From Zootoca vivipara (lineage: Eukaryota): 64,000 nucleotides of DNA. A model generated the notes under the pieces. It saw nothing but the letters and a program-made list of their open reading frames with translations. It was not told the DNA's origin and made no database searches. This document shows positions 62,363 through 64,000 of the stretch, in pieces (the stretch's first letter is position 1; the number at the start of each line of letters is the position of its first letter). The DNA lies in contig NC_083292.1 in NCBI RefSeq assembly GCF_963506605.1, positions 41,974,001 to 42,038,000 on the forward strand, read 5' to 3'. The position numbers and the translations under genes are program-made.

Positions 62363-62679
62363 TGGCTTACTGACCGAACCCAAAGGGTGCTCATCAATGG
62401 CTCCTCCTCATCCTGGAGAGTAGTGACTAGTGGGGTGCCACAGGGTTCTGTCTTGGGCCCAGTCTTATTCAACATCTTTATCAGTGACTTGGATGATGGG
62501 CTTGAGGGCATCCTGAGCAAGTTTGCAGATGACACCAAATTGGGAGGGGTGGCTAATACCCCAGAGGACAGGATCACTCTTCAAAATGACCTTAACAGAT
62601 TAGACAACTGGGCCAAAGCAAACAAGATGAATTTTAACAGGGAGAAATGTAAAGTACTACACTTGGGGGGGAAAAGGAA

Positions 62680-62746
<67 letters not shown>

Positions 62747-63458
62747 GCACAAATACAGGATGGGTGACACCTGGCTTGAGAGCAGTACATGTGAAAAGGA
62801 TCTAGGAGTCTTGGTAGACCATAAACTGGACATGAGTCAACAGTGTGATGCAGCAGTTAAAAAGCCAATGCAATTCTGGGCTGCATCAATAGGAGTATAG
62901 CATCTAGATCAAAGGAAGTAATAGTACCAGTGACCACTCTGGTCAGACCTCAGCTGGAATACTGTGTCCAGTTCTGGGCACCACAGTTCAAGAAGGATAC
63001 TGACAAGCTGGAAAGTGTCCAGAGGAGGGCAAACAAAATGGTCAAAGGCCTGGAAAAAATGCCTTATGAGGTACAGCTTAGGGAGCTGGGTATGTTTAGC
63101 CTGGAGAAGAGAAGGTTAAGGGGTGATATGATAGCCATGTTCAAATATATAAAAGGATGTCATATGGAGGAGGGAGAAAGGTTGTTTTCTGCTGCTCCAG
63201 AGAAGCGGACACGGAGCAATGGATTCAAACTTCAAGAAAGAAGATTCCACCTAAACATTAGGAAGAACTTCCTGACAGTAAGAGCTGTTCGGCAGTGGAA
63301 TTTGCTGCCAAGGAGTGTGGTGGAGTCTCCTTCTTTGGAGGTCTTTAAGCAGAGGCTTGACAGGCATATGTCAAGAATGCTTTGATGGTGTTTCCTGCTT
63401 GGCAGGGGGTTGGACTGGATGGCCCTTGTGGTCTCTTCCAACTCTATGATTCTATGAT
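62363..63458 (+). mobile_element. CR1 LINE, 5'-truncated, with disrupted RT (pseudo-ORF2)
   Basis: [21 protein letters not shown]...[10 protein letters not shown] motifs; (GAAA)n expansion and stops inside; ends with ATTCTATG-type terminal repeats. Confidence 0.95.
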
Positions 63459-64000
63459 AAAGTTTATTTTAAAGCTTCTTGTAGGGTTGTTGTTGTTTTA
63501 CTATAGTATTGTTTTATTTTTCTGTTCAATGTGTCCTGCTTTGCCACTGTGACAAGAGAAGGAGCACCCTGTGGTCTGAGAAATACGACTAATGGATCCA
63601 TAAGCCAAGCTGTTTCAGGGTCTGGGAGGAGAGTTTTCCCTTCCATCAGGTGCAACAAGACGGGTGTTGAAAATGGGGTGTCTGTGCCCAGCAGGGGTCT
63701 TGGGCCTCTCCCTGATGGAGGGTGTGGGGATAGGAGCAATGAGGCGTCTTTGCCTTGTAATTCCTGTTCTGTTTTCAAAAGCGCAGACTGTACTGTACAG
63801 TATTGTTTCAGGCCACCCCAGTCTCTAAGCGCTGAGAGATCACAGGGGTTTTGGATGCTTTCCCAGAGTTTGTGTTTCCCTTTGGAATGAGGCACAGAGG
63901 AGACTGCGGTGTCTTTATGATATACAAACTGAGCCTACGCTGGAGGGTCTCCCAGCCTCCAAACCCCCAAAAGGTCTTGCTTCTTCTCCTCTCATAGTTA

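Noticed and set aside
62387-63385. RT-like ORFs as a host gene or active retroelement
   Set aside because: They belong to a 5'-truncated CR1 disrupted by a microsatellite, frameshifts and stops.

Overview
Vertebrate genomic DNA, almost certainly a squamate reptile (Sauria SINE, CR1/L2 LINEs, hAT MITEs, Penelope remnants; lizard-like). I reconstructed four spliced protein-coding genes by hand from splice sites and reading phase. (1) NES (nestin), minus strand: exons 1-2 are here and the rest lies beyond the left edge. (2) HDGF, minus strand, complete, 6 coding exons, 258 aa. (3) PRCC, plus strand, complete, 7 exons, 473 aa, head-to-head with HDGF across a CpG-island bidirectional promoter. (4) An intact DAPK2-like Ca2+/calmodulin-regulated kinase, plus strand, about 12 coding exons, ~411 aa, at a position where the human NES-HDGF-PRCC locus has no DAPK gene. 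It is a good candidate for a fourth DAPK ohnologue and has altered activation-segment motifs. Non-coding highlights: two identical Penelope-derived minimal type-I hammerhead ribozyme motifs (7160-7197, 61426-61463); no CRABP2/ISG20L2/METTL25B/MRPL24 block between NES and HDGF; MITEs carrying ZNF143-type motifs beside the promoter; two long hairpins; a 158-bp tandem duplication. Most ORFs in the supplied six-frame track are spurious. Family assignments come from my recall of the proteins and repeats, not from database searches.
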